Positions 1 to 32,505 of a stretch of 64,000 nt of DNA are shown in pieces; position 1 is the first letter of the stretch, and each line of letters begins with the position of its first letter. Made by a program: the position numbers and the translations under genes. The notes beneath the pieces were generated by a model that had not been told where the DNA came from, did no database searches, and was given only the letters and a program-made list of their open reading frames with translations. This DNA comes from Macrostomum lignano (taxonomy: Eukaryota): the NCBI GenBank assembly GCA_002269645.1, contig NIVC01003546.1, forward strand, positions 28,009 through 92,008. Direction: 5' to 3'.

Positions 1-351
1 TTGCACTGCTCGTCGGAGTTTGTTTCTTTTACTGCTTCTCTTCTGCTTTCAACCGATCGACCAAGGCTGAGCGCAGGCCTGCCTGTCCAGAGATCGATGC
101 CCGGGGTCTGCGCTTATTCACTCTGTTGTAAACTTTTAACTGCGATTAGTGCAGAAATTATAAGCATTGCCGATTGCTTGGGATGGACACTAAGGCGTAC
201 TGACTGCCTGCCAGACTGTCAGACACCACAGGCGGGCAGACTTTCCCTATTTTCCTGACTTTCCCTAACACAAGAAGATACTTTTCAATTGACAATCCTA
301 TGCAATTTCTCTTCAACAGAATTTCAGACGCACCTGCTTGCGTTTGAGTCA
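1..351 (+). repeat. 351-bp direct repeat, copy 1 (truncated by window edge); copy 2 at 10971-11321
   Basis: Base-by-base comparison gives one mismatch (position 77 g vs 11047 a). The copies diverge after ...gcgtttgagtca. Confidence 0.95.
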
Positions 352-1141
352 CACAGACCTAGCCTCTATAAGCAGCTCTGTGCGCTCGGTGAAACCCGAT
401 TCGGTACAGAAGCCTTCTCTACGTTTATCGATTTTGAGGTTCGAGGGGATAAAGCGAAGGATTATCCGTATTAATGCATGCTGAATAATAAATATGGGCG
501 GCTCCCAAGCTCAGGCAGAGGTGCAGGATAGGCACTACTGTCAGTTGCCAGGGTTCTGGATGGGAGGGGAATTCAGTGTTGCAGTCTCGAGTTGCTTCTG
601 TCGTTTCCTAGCAACCAATCTGCCTCGCGCGCTTTCTCTTTTCTTTCTGCCCTGACACTGGATAACTCCCTTCTCCTAATCCTCAGCATCCCCCACCTAC
701 CTGAGCCAAGGCTCCTCATCACCGAGTCCCCAGTTTGTACTTCTGTCTCTCTCTTCCCTCTCTGTCTTCCTGCAGCGCTTCGTCCCTTCGCCCCCCCCTT
801 GTGAACCTCGTGCACGCAACGGGCTCGATAAATCCCCACATTTTTTACCTTGGCTTTTTTCTCCGAGCTCTCTCTCTCTTCCTCAGCGTCCAATCCAGGT
901 TTTTTCTCTCTTTCATTCGAATCTTGGCATTATGGAAGGAAGGCCCAACTAATGCTCTAGCAATAGCGAATGTGGGAGTCCCTGATTGTCAGCGGAGAGT
1001 TTTCCCACTTTTCCAACACAAGCAAGTTGAAGACCATTGTTTCGCCGCAAAATAAATTTGCTAGATTAGGGCAAATCATTGTTATGGGTCTAACTTAAGT
1101 CTGTCAAATGTTTAAATTGATTTTTATACCGGATTAACTGA

Positions 1142-10725
<9,584 letters not shown>

Positions 10726-10970
10726 GTTCGAACAGAGCTTAGCCAGCAGCTGTTTGCATGCAGATACTCAACTCAACTTTCACCTTTTTATGTCGTTCTT
10801 TAATTTTCCTTCTTTGGTAGATTCACAATGGTGTTTGAACCAGTGTGTGTTTGCGTGTTTTGATCAACTTGAGTCCTGCACAATTACCTACATAATAATG
10901 GACTCGCATCTGGCTCTTTTTGAACAATATAAGATTTATCGTGCATTTTCTCCTTTCATCAGATCTGACT

Positions 10971-11321
10971 TTGCACTGCTCGTCGGAGTTTGTTTCTTTT
11001 ACTGCTTCTCTTCTGCTTTCAACCGATCGACCAAGGCTGAGCGCAGACCTGCCTGTCCAGAGATCGATGCCCGGGGTCTGCGCTTATTCACTCTGTTGTA
11101 AACTTTTAACTGCGATTAGTGCAGAAATTATAAGCATTGCCGATTGCTTGGGATGGACACTAAGGCGTACTGACTGCCTGCCAGACTGTCAGACACCACA
11201 GGCGGGCAGACTTTCCCTATTTTCCTGACTTTCCCTAACACAAGAAGATACTTTTCAATTGACAATCCTATGCAATTTCTCTTCAACAGAATTTCAGACG
11301 CACCTGCTTGCGTTTGAGTCA
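10971..11321 (+). repeat. 351-bp direct repeat, copy 2, 3' of CDKL stop codon
   Basis: 350/351 identical to 1-351; offset 10970 bp. Confidence 0.95.
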
Positions 11322-11814
11322 GAAAGCTGTTTAGTCGCTAAAAACATTCCATCTGTTTTCTGAATTTTTAGTGAAAACAAAAAGTTTTTCTGTTTTACTC
11401 TCTGTTCGCACTACTGATATTAGTAGAGTTGTAAGTAACATTTTACTGCCGCATCGATTTGCTGTGAGGTTTAATTCGATTGTTTTTCTCAAAACAAAGC
11501 ACCTTCACCTGTCACCAGCAGCTTAGTGCACCAGGAAAGCATGTCAGTTTGTCAATTCTTCTCTTGTCAGGAATTAATTTGTTAATTACAAATTTGTTGT
11601 TGTTTGCGTACATAATATACAAGCTATTGGTGCGTGTTGCCAACTGAATATGAATATACTTATTATTAATAGCACTGTAATTAACTATTGTAACTCCTAC
11701 ATATTTTTAATTTTGTCTTAACTGTATTTTTCAATTCTAAGCTCTTCAGTCTGCTTCAAAATAATTTTCATAAATTTTCACTTACCGCAAGCTACACATC
11801 AAAAGAGTTGCCAT

Positions 11815-13437
11815 TACATGAGACTACGGGTCCCAAGAGTTACCATTACCTGAAGCTACGGGTACCAAGAGTTGCCATTACCTGAAGCTACGGGTCCCAA
11901 GAGTTACCATTACCTGAAGCTACGGGTCCCAAGAGTTGCCATTACCTGAAGCTACGGGTCCCAAGAGTTACCATTACCTGAAGCTACGGGTCCCAAGAGT
12001 TGCCATTACCTGAAGCTACGGGTCCCAAGAGTTACCATTACCTGAAGCTACGGGTCCCAAGAGTTGCCATTACCTGAAGCTACGGGTCCCAAGAGTTTCC
12101 ATTACCTGAAGCTACGGGTCCCAAGAGTTGCCATTACCTGAAGCTACGGGTCCCAAGAGTTACCATTACCTGAAGCTACGGGTCCCAAGAGTTGCCATTA
12201 CCTGAAGCTACGGGTCCCAAGAGTTGCATTACCTGAAGCTACGGGTCCCAAGAGTTGCCATTACCTGAAGCTACGGGTCCCAAGAGTTGCCATTACCTAA
12301 AGCTACGGGCCCCAAGAGTTGCATTACCTGAAGCTACGGGTCCCAAGAGTTGCCATTACCTGAAGCTACGGGTCCCAAGAGTTGCCATTACCTGAAGCTA
12401 CGGGTCCCAAGAGTTACCATTACCTGAAGCTACGGGTCCCAAGAGTTGCCATTACCTGAAGCTACGGGTCCCAAGAGTTACCATTACCTGAAGCTACGGG
12501 TCCCAAGAGTTTCCATTACCTGAAGCTACGGGTCCCAAGAGTTTCCATTACCTGAAGCTACGGGTCCCAAGAGTTTCCATTACCTGAAGCTACGGGTCCC
12601 AAGAGTTGCCATTACCTGAAGCTACGGGTCCCAAGAGTTGCCATTACCTGAAGCTACGGGTCCCAAGAGTTACCATTACCTGAAGCTACGGGTCCCAAGA
12701 GTGCCATTACCTGAAGCTACGGGTCCCAAGAGTTACCATTACCTGAAGCTACGGGTCCCAAGAGTTGCCATTACCTGAAGCTACGGGTCCCAAGAGTTAC
12801 CATTACCTGAAGCTACGGGTCCCAAGAGTTGCCATTACCTGAAGCTACGGGTCCCAAGAGTTGCATTACCTGAAGCTACGGGTCCCAAGAGTTGCCATTA
12901 CCTGAAGCTACGGGTCCCAAGAGTTGCCATTACCTAAAGCTACGGGCCCCAAGAGTTGCATTACCTGAAGCTACGGGTCCCAAGAGTTGCCATTACCTGA
13001 AGCTACGGGTCCCAAGAGTTTCCATTACCTGAAGCTACGGGTCCCAAGAGTTGCCATTACCTGAAGCTACGGGTCCCAAGAGTTACCATTACCTGAAGCT
13101 ACGGGTCCCAAGAGTTGCCATTACCTGAAGCTACGGGTCCCAAGAGTTGCATTACCTGAAGCTACGGGTCCCAAGAGTTGCCATTACCTGAAGCTACGGG
13201 TCCCAAGAGTTGCCATTACCTAAAGCTACGGGCCCCAAGAGTTGCATTACCTGAAGCTACGGGTCCCAAGAGTTGCCATTACTTGAAGCTACGGGTCCCA
13301 AGAGTTACCATTACCTGAAGCTACGGGTCCCAAGAGTTGCCATTACCTGAAGCTACGGGTCCCAAGAGTTTCCATTACCTGAAGCTACGGGTCCCAAGAG
13401 TTGCCATTACCTGAAGCTACGGGTCCCAAGAGTTTCC
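11815..13437 (+). repeat. 32-bp minisatellite (CCCAAGAGTTGCCATTACCTGAAGCTACGGGT)n, ~50 copies
   Basis: Direct reading; intergenic. Confidence 0.97.
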
Positions 13438-14271
13438 ACTTTCCACATCTTTCCGCAGAAGCAGCAGATAGTGACACAAGTGTTGATAGAAGTCATATCT
13501 TATACAAAATCTAAAGCATTTTACCACACAGCTCCATACAGACTTCTTAAAGCAGAAAGAAACCACACAGGAACGGCTGCAAGTGCTCAGTCGCTCAATG
13601 ACAGACAGAACGTGATCAAGCTCACGTGCCAGTCTCTCCAGCAGTCAGCCCATTGTCCATGAAGGGGCAAAGCGAACGCCTCTTTCTCCCCAGTGCATTG
13701 GGAGCCGTGCTGAGGTGCCCGACAAGAGAGCAGAGGAGAGGGCGCGAAGGCCGGGAGAGTCTAGCAGTGGATGAGGAGAATCTCAATCTTGCCGCCGCCT
13801 CCTAATTGGGGCGAGCCAGTCTTCATTAGCGCCGGGCCTTCGTCTCTCTTCCACACCCCCGTTCCACTCGGGCTCCTTCACCTTCTCCGACTCACTCTGC
13901 CGCTTCTGCTGCCCGGTCTTCGCTTCGAGCTTCGGGCGGCGGGCGGGCGGCGAGGGTCGAGTGGCTCGGGCTTCACGTCCGGATTTGAGCGAGTTGCTGA
14001 GAAGGGCAGTTTACGAGCTAGAATAGAAAAAAGTTTCTGTTCAACCTTTGACTAAATAAGTGCCTGTTCGGTAGAGCGGATGGGGGAAGCCGGGAGGATC
14101 ATACGGGGGGGATTTATTTCTGCGAGAAATTATTGGGAAGCGGATGAGGGTGCGAGACTTCGTTCACGTTTGGAATTTTGGGACTTTCGTCCCCGAAGCC
14201 GCGGATTGAGGGGAACTGCCAGAAAAATGTTAAGATAGAATGATTGACGAATATGAGGAGAGTCAGGGTCA

Positions 14272-14279
14272 GACGGACG

Positions 14280-14315
<36 letters not shown>

Positions 14316-14426
14316 GGCAGACAGACAGAAAGACAGACAGACAGACAGGCAGGCAGACAGACAGACAGACAGACAGACAGGCAGGCAGGCAGGCAGACAG
14401 ACAGACAGACAGACAGACAGACAGGC

Positions 14427-14479
<53 letters not shown>

Positions 14480-14550
14480 GGGAGGCAGGGAGGCAGACAG
14501 ACAGACAGACAGAAAGGGAGGCAGACAGGGAGGCAGGGAGGCAGACAGGC

Positions 14551-14583
<33 letters not shown>

Positions 14584-14702
14584 CTAAGACAGACAGACAG
14601 ACAGACAGACACTAAGACAGACAGACAGACAGACACTAAGACAGACAGACAGACAGACAGACAGGCAGACACTAAGACAGACAGACAGATAGACAGACAC
14701 TA

Positions 14703-14755
<53 letters not shown>

Positions 14756-14858
14756 GGCAGACAGGGAGGCAGGGAGGCAGGGAGGCAGGGAGGCAGACAG
14801 ACAGACAGACAGACAGACACTAAGACAGACAGACAGACAGACAGAGAGGCAGACACTA

Positions 14859-14907
<49 letters not shown>

Positions 14908-14988
14908 CTAAGACAGACAGACAGATAGACAGACACTAAGACAGACAGACAGACAGACAGATACTAAGACAGACAGACAGACACTAAA

Positions 14989-15021
<33 letters not shown>

Positions 15022-15092
15022 CTAAAAGACAGACAGACAGACAGACAGACAGACACTAAGACAGACAGACAGACACTAAGTAAGACAGACAG
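14272..15092 (+). repeat. (AGAC)n microsatellite with AGGC/ACTA interruptions
   Basis: Direct reading. Confidence 0.95.
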
Positions 15093-15345
15093 TTGGATGG
15101 GATCTACTTTGAAGTTGCAGTACTCACAATATGAAAAAAGCATTCTGTGAGTCATGAAGAGTACTGGCAGTTTGATCAATCCATCCTCTCTCACCCATTC
15201 GCCACTAGGAAGCAGTCCAGCCAATGACAATCCCTCTGCAGTCCTCTCTTCTCCATAAGCCGGAGTCCTCGAGGCCATTCTTTCGAAAATGTTAAGAGCA
15301 GACGCGAACTGAGACGCAACTACAGACCGTTGTCAAGGCAACGCG

Positions 15346-26616
<11,271 letters not shown>

Positions 26617-27465
26617 ATCAGCGGCGCTCGCTCCCTGATCGTAGCGTGCAGCTACGCGGTCTGCCCATAGGAAACAGCAAAGCAAATTTTATCAGAAAAT
26701 GAAAATGTTCAGTTATGAAGCTCGGCACACGGAGTGGCAGTATAGTGTCCTTAACTACAATAAAAGACCATTGCCCATCTAATGGTCAAGTAACATTCGT
26801 ATAATTCAAAGATTATACTGTATATCAAAACAACAGACAGATAGACAGACTTCATCAAGGATTTTCCTTTGCACAATGCGTTATTGAGATAGGAGTTTTT
26901 TAGCTCCTATTTTCAGAACTGCTCATAAATTGACACTGTGTCCCTTCTGAACTTCCCAATTGCAAATGAAGCAAGTTTGTTTGGAAAAGGTTTGAAAAAA
27001 GTATTATTATCGGAGATCGGCAAAGGTCAACGTACGAGCGTACATGCCACACTTGGGTTTTCTAAATGGATTTAGCAGAGATTTAGCTGTTTTGCACAGC
27101 GCTGAATGGGGTTTGGCCATAGACAAATCCTGCTTGCCGATGTCTGCTGGCATTCCATGAAAATATAGATTGATAGAATTTAATGGCTTGAAAAACTGAA
27201 AACTTCCTATCTCGCCATTGTCCATGATCAAGATCTTTGGCCTGATATTTTGGAAGTAATTTTAACACGATGAAAAAGTTTTGCGAATGGAAGCTATGAT
27301 TATGGTTTTATAAGTAATCGGTCGGCATCCTACGATACAGGAATCCGTGACAATTTTGTCAAGTCTGCCTCACAAAAATATCTTCTAAGCTTTTTCACAC
27401 AAGGTCATTGCCATGGATACCCCGTGTAGAGTCCACGTTACCAAGGTCTTTATTCATTGTAAAGG

Positions 27466-27789
27466 TAATAATAATAATAATATTACTAATAATAATAATT
27501 GATTACACCTACCCTAATGGGCAGATGTGCAACCGACAGCTCAGCCGCAGCTATTGCGCGGCGCATCTGAAGGCTGCGTACGGCTGTTCAGTCCAAGGAC
27601 TGGGGGGTCGCCACACACACCCTCAATTACCCCAGCTAATCCTGGCACCCATTTTACAGCTGGGTGAACTGAAGCAATGCAGAGTTAAGTGTCTTGCTCA
27701 AGGACACAAATTGTTCCGATTGGGTCGAGAATCGAACCCCCGACCTTTCAGTCGTGCGTCCGACGCTCTGACCACTAGGCTAAAACCCC
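27466..27789 (-). mobile_element. tRNA-derived SINE with CORE-like central domain and (ATT)n tail
   Basis: The minus strand has an A box (TAGCCTAGTGG) and a B box (GGTTCGATTC). These are followed by GTGTCCTTGAGCAAGACACTTAAC...CTTCAGTTCACCCAGCTGTAAAATGGG, which resembles the CORE/MIR core (GTGACCTTGGGCAAGTCACTTAACC...CATCTGTAAAATGG). The element ends in a TTA/ATT tail. No clear TSD. Confidence 0.85.
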
Positions 27790-28214
27790 TCAGGTGAAAG
27801 CCATAAAAATAGCTACGGAAAATTGATAGAAAACTGTGTGGTTCCATGTGAATCATGGTTGTGAAAGTAGTTCTTTTTCGCCGTGTTCTTTTGAATGAAA
27901 TGCATTCACCTCCCAACCACTTCTGAACTGCTTTCGTGCTTCTTTTGCCCGAAAGATCCAATTTTTTTGTTTTCAGTTGCCATAAAATTATTTTCTGCAA
28001 ACCAATTCAACTAATTTTATCAGTTTTCATAAATTCTTTTCTCACACTGCAGAGAGTCACGCACCAGTTACGAGCCTGAACTCATTCGAAATTAAACAAT
28101 TTTGATTTACAATTCAATTCTTGAAATTGCAATACAAGGACGTAAAGATGGATTCATTGTGTCTTTTATGTGGTGCAGGGGATTCTCAGTATTCTGCCAA
28201 AGAAACACAAGCAG

Positions 28215-28375
28215 AACGGATTGCTAATCTACTCAACACATTATATTGATTAAAGGACAGAATGAATTGCTAATCTACTCCACGGACTAACTTGATTAAA
28301 GTAAAGAATGGATTGCTAATCTACTCCACGGATTAACTTAATTAAGGGATAGAGTGGATTGCTAATCTAGTCTAG
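28215..28375 (+). repeat. Degenerate 4-unit repeat with GGATTGCTAATCTA core (relative of 5103-5865 array)
   Basis: Core recurs at about 47-bp spacing. Confidence 0.7.
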
Positions 28376-29066
28376 AATAAAAATTAATGGAATGGACAAA
28401 ATGGAGTCTTTAAATAAAAAATCTTACAAACTACAAAGTTTGCATTTGCAAAGGGATAAAACTTTGGCTGTAATTATTTAGCACAGGAGCTTTCAAAAAA
28501 GCTTGTACAGCACTTCTTGTCTATTATGATGGTCAGAGGTTAATAATGGAAAAATAAAACTTGAGAATAATTTGTCCAAAAACTGATGTTAAAAACTGCA
28601 AAGACTGATAAAAACACAAGCACAGAGATTCGGCAGGAAGTCAGTCTGAAAAATGGAAGTTAAAAAGTTTCATTTCAAACAAATTGTGAACTGGGAGAGC
28701 AGTTATCGCAGTCGAGTAAACAACAGGAATAAAATGGAAGAATGACATTCGTTATGCTCATAAAATACTTCAAAAATATTAACAACAAAAACAATAAATT
28801 TCATTGATAAAACAAGAAAAGGCTTTGGTTTGTTCCTGACAAAAATTAGTTAAATAACAATAATATTTTTGTTAAACACTGCAGTTATCAAATATTCATT
28901 CAGCAAGAGCTCATTCATGAGTATGAATATATCTCTTAGAAAGCGTGCAGAAGTTTTAAAGCAAAATTGAAATGAAAATGGAAGATTTATAGATGTAAAA
29001 TAAATTTGTTTGACAATGGCGCTTCAACTTTAATGACAATTGTTTGAAAACTCGAATTTCGCTGTT

Positions 29067-30680
29067 CTGACCAAACACATTGTGGCCTGACCAAACACAT
29101 TGTGGCCTGACCAAACACATTATGGCCTGACCAAACACATTATGGCCTGACCAAACACATTGTGGCCTGACCAAACACATTGTGGCCTGACCAAACACAT
29201 TGTGGCCTGACCAAACACATTATGGCCTGACCAAACACATTATGGCCTGACCAAACACATTGTGGCCTGACCAAACACATTGTGGCCTGACCAAACACAT
29301 TGTGGCCTGACCAAACACATTGTGGCCTGACCAAACACATTATGGCCTGACCAAACACATTGTGGCCTGACCAAACACATTATGGCCTGACCAAACACAT
29401 TATGGCCTGACCAAACACATTATGGCCTGACCAAACACATTATAGCCTGACCAAAAACATTATGGCCTGACCAAACACATTATGGCCTGACCAAACACAT
29501 TGTGGCCTGACCAAACACATTATGGCCTGACCAAACACATTGTGGCCTCACCAAACACATTATGGCCTGACTAAACACATTATGGCCTGACCAAACACAT
29601 TGTGGCCTGACCAAACACATTATGGCCTGACCAAACACATTATGGCCTGACCAAACACATCGTGGCCTGACCAAACACACTATGGCCTGACCAAACACAT
29701 TATGGCCTGACCAAACACATTATGGCCTGACCAAAAACATTATGGCCTGACCAAACACATTATGGCCTGACCAAACACATTGTGGCCTGACCAAACACAT
29801 TATGGCCTGACCAAACACATTGTGGCCTCACCAAACACATTATGGCCTGACCAAACACATTATGGCCTGACCAAACACATTGTGGCCTGACCAAACACAC
29901 TATGGCCTGACCAAACACATTATGGCCTGACCAAACACATTATGGCCTGACCAAAAACATTATGGCCTGACCAAACACATTATGGCCTGACCAAAAACAT
30001 TATGGCCTGACCAAACACATTATGGCCTGACTAAACACATTATGGCCTGACCAAACACATTATGGCCTGACCAAACACATTGTGGCCTGACCAAACACAT
30101 TATGGCCTGACCAAACACATTGTGGCCTGACAAAACACATTATGGCTTGACCAAACACATTATGGCCTGACCAAACACATTATGGCCTGACCAAACACAT
30201 TATGGCCTGACCAAACACATTATGGCATGACCAAAAACATTATGTTCTGACCAAACACATTGTGGCCTGACCAAACACATTGTGGCCTGACCAAACACAT
30301 TGTGGCCTGACCAAACACATTATGGCCTGACCAAACACATTGTGGCCTGACCAAACACATTATGGCCTGACCAAACACATTGTGGCCTGACCAAACACAT
30401 TATGGCCTGACCAAACACATTATGGCATGACCAAACACATTGTGGCCTGACCAAACACATTATGGCCTGACCAAACACATTGTGGCCTGACCAAACACTT
30501 TGTGGCCTGACCAAACACATTATAGCCTGACCAAAAACATTATGGCCTGACCAAACACATTATGGCCTGACCAAACACATTGTGGCCTGACCAAACACAT
30601 TATGGCCTGACCAAACACATTATGGCTTGACCAAACACATTATGGCCTGACTAAACACATTATGGCCTGACCAAACACAT
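29067..30680 (+). repeat. 20-bp minisatellite (TGACCAAACACATTATGGCC)n, ~80 copies
   Basis: Direct reading. Confidence 0.97.
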
Positions 30681-30855
30681 CTAGGAAGTAGCTGATAGAT
30701 AAGATAAGTAAATGGTCAAGTTAATTAATGCTGAGGACAAGCAAAATTGAGCCTTCAAAGAAACTGCCATAGCTATGAAGTGCTCACATACTCTTGCTCA
30801 CTACAAGCAGTCTCAGAGCAAATCTCAGTGCCCCACCAGCCTCAACCAGTATTTT

Positions 30856-32505
30856 TCAGATGTCCCTCTTAAAGCCCTTCAAGTCAACGTCGGTGCTCAT
30901 CAGGCGCTCCAAGTCGTCCAGGGCCGCCTCCTGGCGCGACTTCACGCCGCTGTCGCTGCCGCCGCCGCCGCCGCCTCCGCCGTCTACAGCGTCTACGCCC
31001 CTCGAGTCTCGCGGCTTTGGAGCCGGCGGCTTTGGAGCCGGCGGCTTTGGAGCCGGCGGCTTCACCGGCTGAGCGACAGGGGATTTCTGGCGCGGCGGCC
31101 GACTTGGCGGCTGCTGCGCCTGCGGCGGCTGTTGCGGCGGAGGAGGCCGACTTGGCGGCTGCTGCGTGTGCGGCGGCTGTTGCGGCGGAGGAGGCCGACT
31201 TGGTTGGCTTGGCTGCTGGCTGGGCGCCGGCTGTGTGGGCTGGTACTGCCCAAAGCCCATCTGTGTTGACGGGCAGTTGAGAGAGAAAATCAATTTTTTG
31301 GCTTGTCAAGGTTAATAATACCTAAGGTAGTTTTGCAGCTTGCCTATCGCGCAGTGTTCTGCTTCCACCCTTTTCCCGATCTTCAAAAACTTTCTCGTTC
31401 CTTCAGCGATCTGCCACTCCCTTCCAGTGGCTTCAGCGATCTGCCACCCCCTTCCAGTGGCTTCAGCGATCTGCCACTCCCTTCCAGTGGCTTCAGCGGT
31501 CTGCCACTCCCTTCCAGTGGCTTCAGCGGTCTGCCACTCCCTTCCAGTGGCTTCAGCGATCTGCCACTCCCTTCCAGTGGCTTCAGCGATCTGCCACCCC
31601 CTTCCAGTGGCTTCAGCGATCTGCCACTCCCTTCCAGTGGCTTCAGCGGTCTGCCACTCCCTTCCAGTGGCTTCAGCGATCTGCCACTCCCTTCCAGTGG
31701 CTTCAGCGATCTGCCACTCCCTTCCAGTGGCTTCAGCGATCTGCCACTCCCTTCCAGTGGCTTCAGCGGTCTGCCACTCCCTTCCAGTGGCTTCAGCGAT
31801 CTGCCACTCCCTTCCAGTGGCTTCAGCGATCTGCCACTCCCTTCCAGTGGCTTCAGCGGTCTGCCACTCCCTTCCAGTGGCTTCAGCGATCTGCCACTCC
31901 CTTCCAGTGGCTTCAGCGATCTGCCACTCCCTTCCAGTGGCTTCAGCGATCTGCCACTCCCTTCCAGTGGCTTCAGCGATCTGCCACTCCCTTCCAGTGG
32001 CTTCAGCGATCTGCCACTCCCTTCCAGTGGCTTCAGCGATCTGCCACCTGACATCAATTACCTCAACCCTCTATTATATATTACTTGAACTTATTCTAGT
32101 TCCTAAATACGAGCGTACTTCTGAATTAGATTTCAGACCAGACATTACCGGAGGCTGCAGCTGCTCATAGCTCTGCTGATAGTAGTATGAACTGCCCTGG
32201 GCTGGGTAGCCTTGTTGCATGCCATAGCCAAAGCCGTAGCCGCCGCCGACCCCGGTGTACGCCGTTGTGGGCGCGAGGCCGTACATTGGCGGCATGGACT
32301 GCTGCTGGTTGACTGTGGCGTCAATCTGAGGCTGGTTCTGCTGCATGAATTGCTGCTGCTGCTGCTGATATTGCTGCTGCTGGAATTGCTGCTGTTCGGG
32401 GGAAAGAGCAGTATAGCCGCCCATCGGATTAGGCGCTGGGTTGCCCTGGAGAGCGAAACCGTAGGGTGGAGGCGGCGGCTGCTGCTGCTGATTAGGGTGG
32501 CTCAT
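30856..32505 (-). CDS. Hypothetical Gln/Pro/Gly/Tyr-rich low-complexity protein, 2 exons, 253 aa
   Basis: Exon 1 is 32505-32149 (MSHPNQQQQPPPPPYG...QLQPP|GTAATG). Exon 2 is 31260-30856 (ACACAG|MGFGQYQP...KPPAPKPPAPKP...AALDDLERLMSTDVDLKGFKRDI*). The junction is phase 0 and codons are GC3-rich. No known domain recognised. Confidence 0.8.
31403..32048 (+). repeat. 30-bp minisatellite (GATCTGCCACTCCCTTCCAGTGGCTTCAGC)n
   Basis: About 21 units inside the intron of the Q/P-rich gene. Confidence 0.96.

Noticed and set aside
14114-14908. ORFs of SVCL/RQTD repeats (also 20503-21952, 51282-52115, 31303-32170, 55890-56678, 40259-40981, 42456-42914)
   Set aside because: These are translations of micro- and minisatellites, not proteins.
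14224-15297. 12-bp direct repeat AAAATGTTAAGA (14224-14235, 15286-15297) as a TSD around a 1-kb insert
   Set aside because: It is an AT-rich 12-mer, and the insert has no element hallmarks at its ends; chance cannot be excluded.
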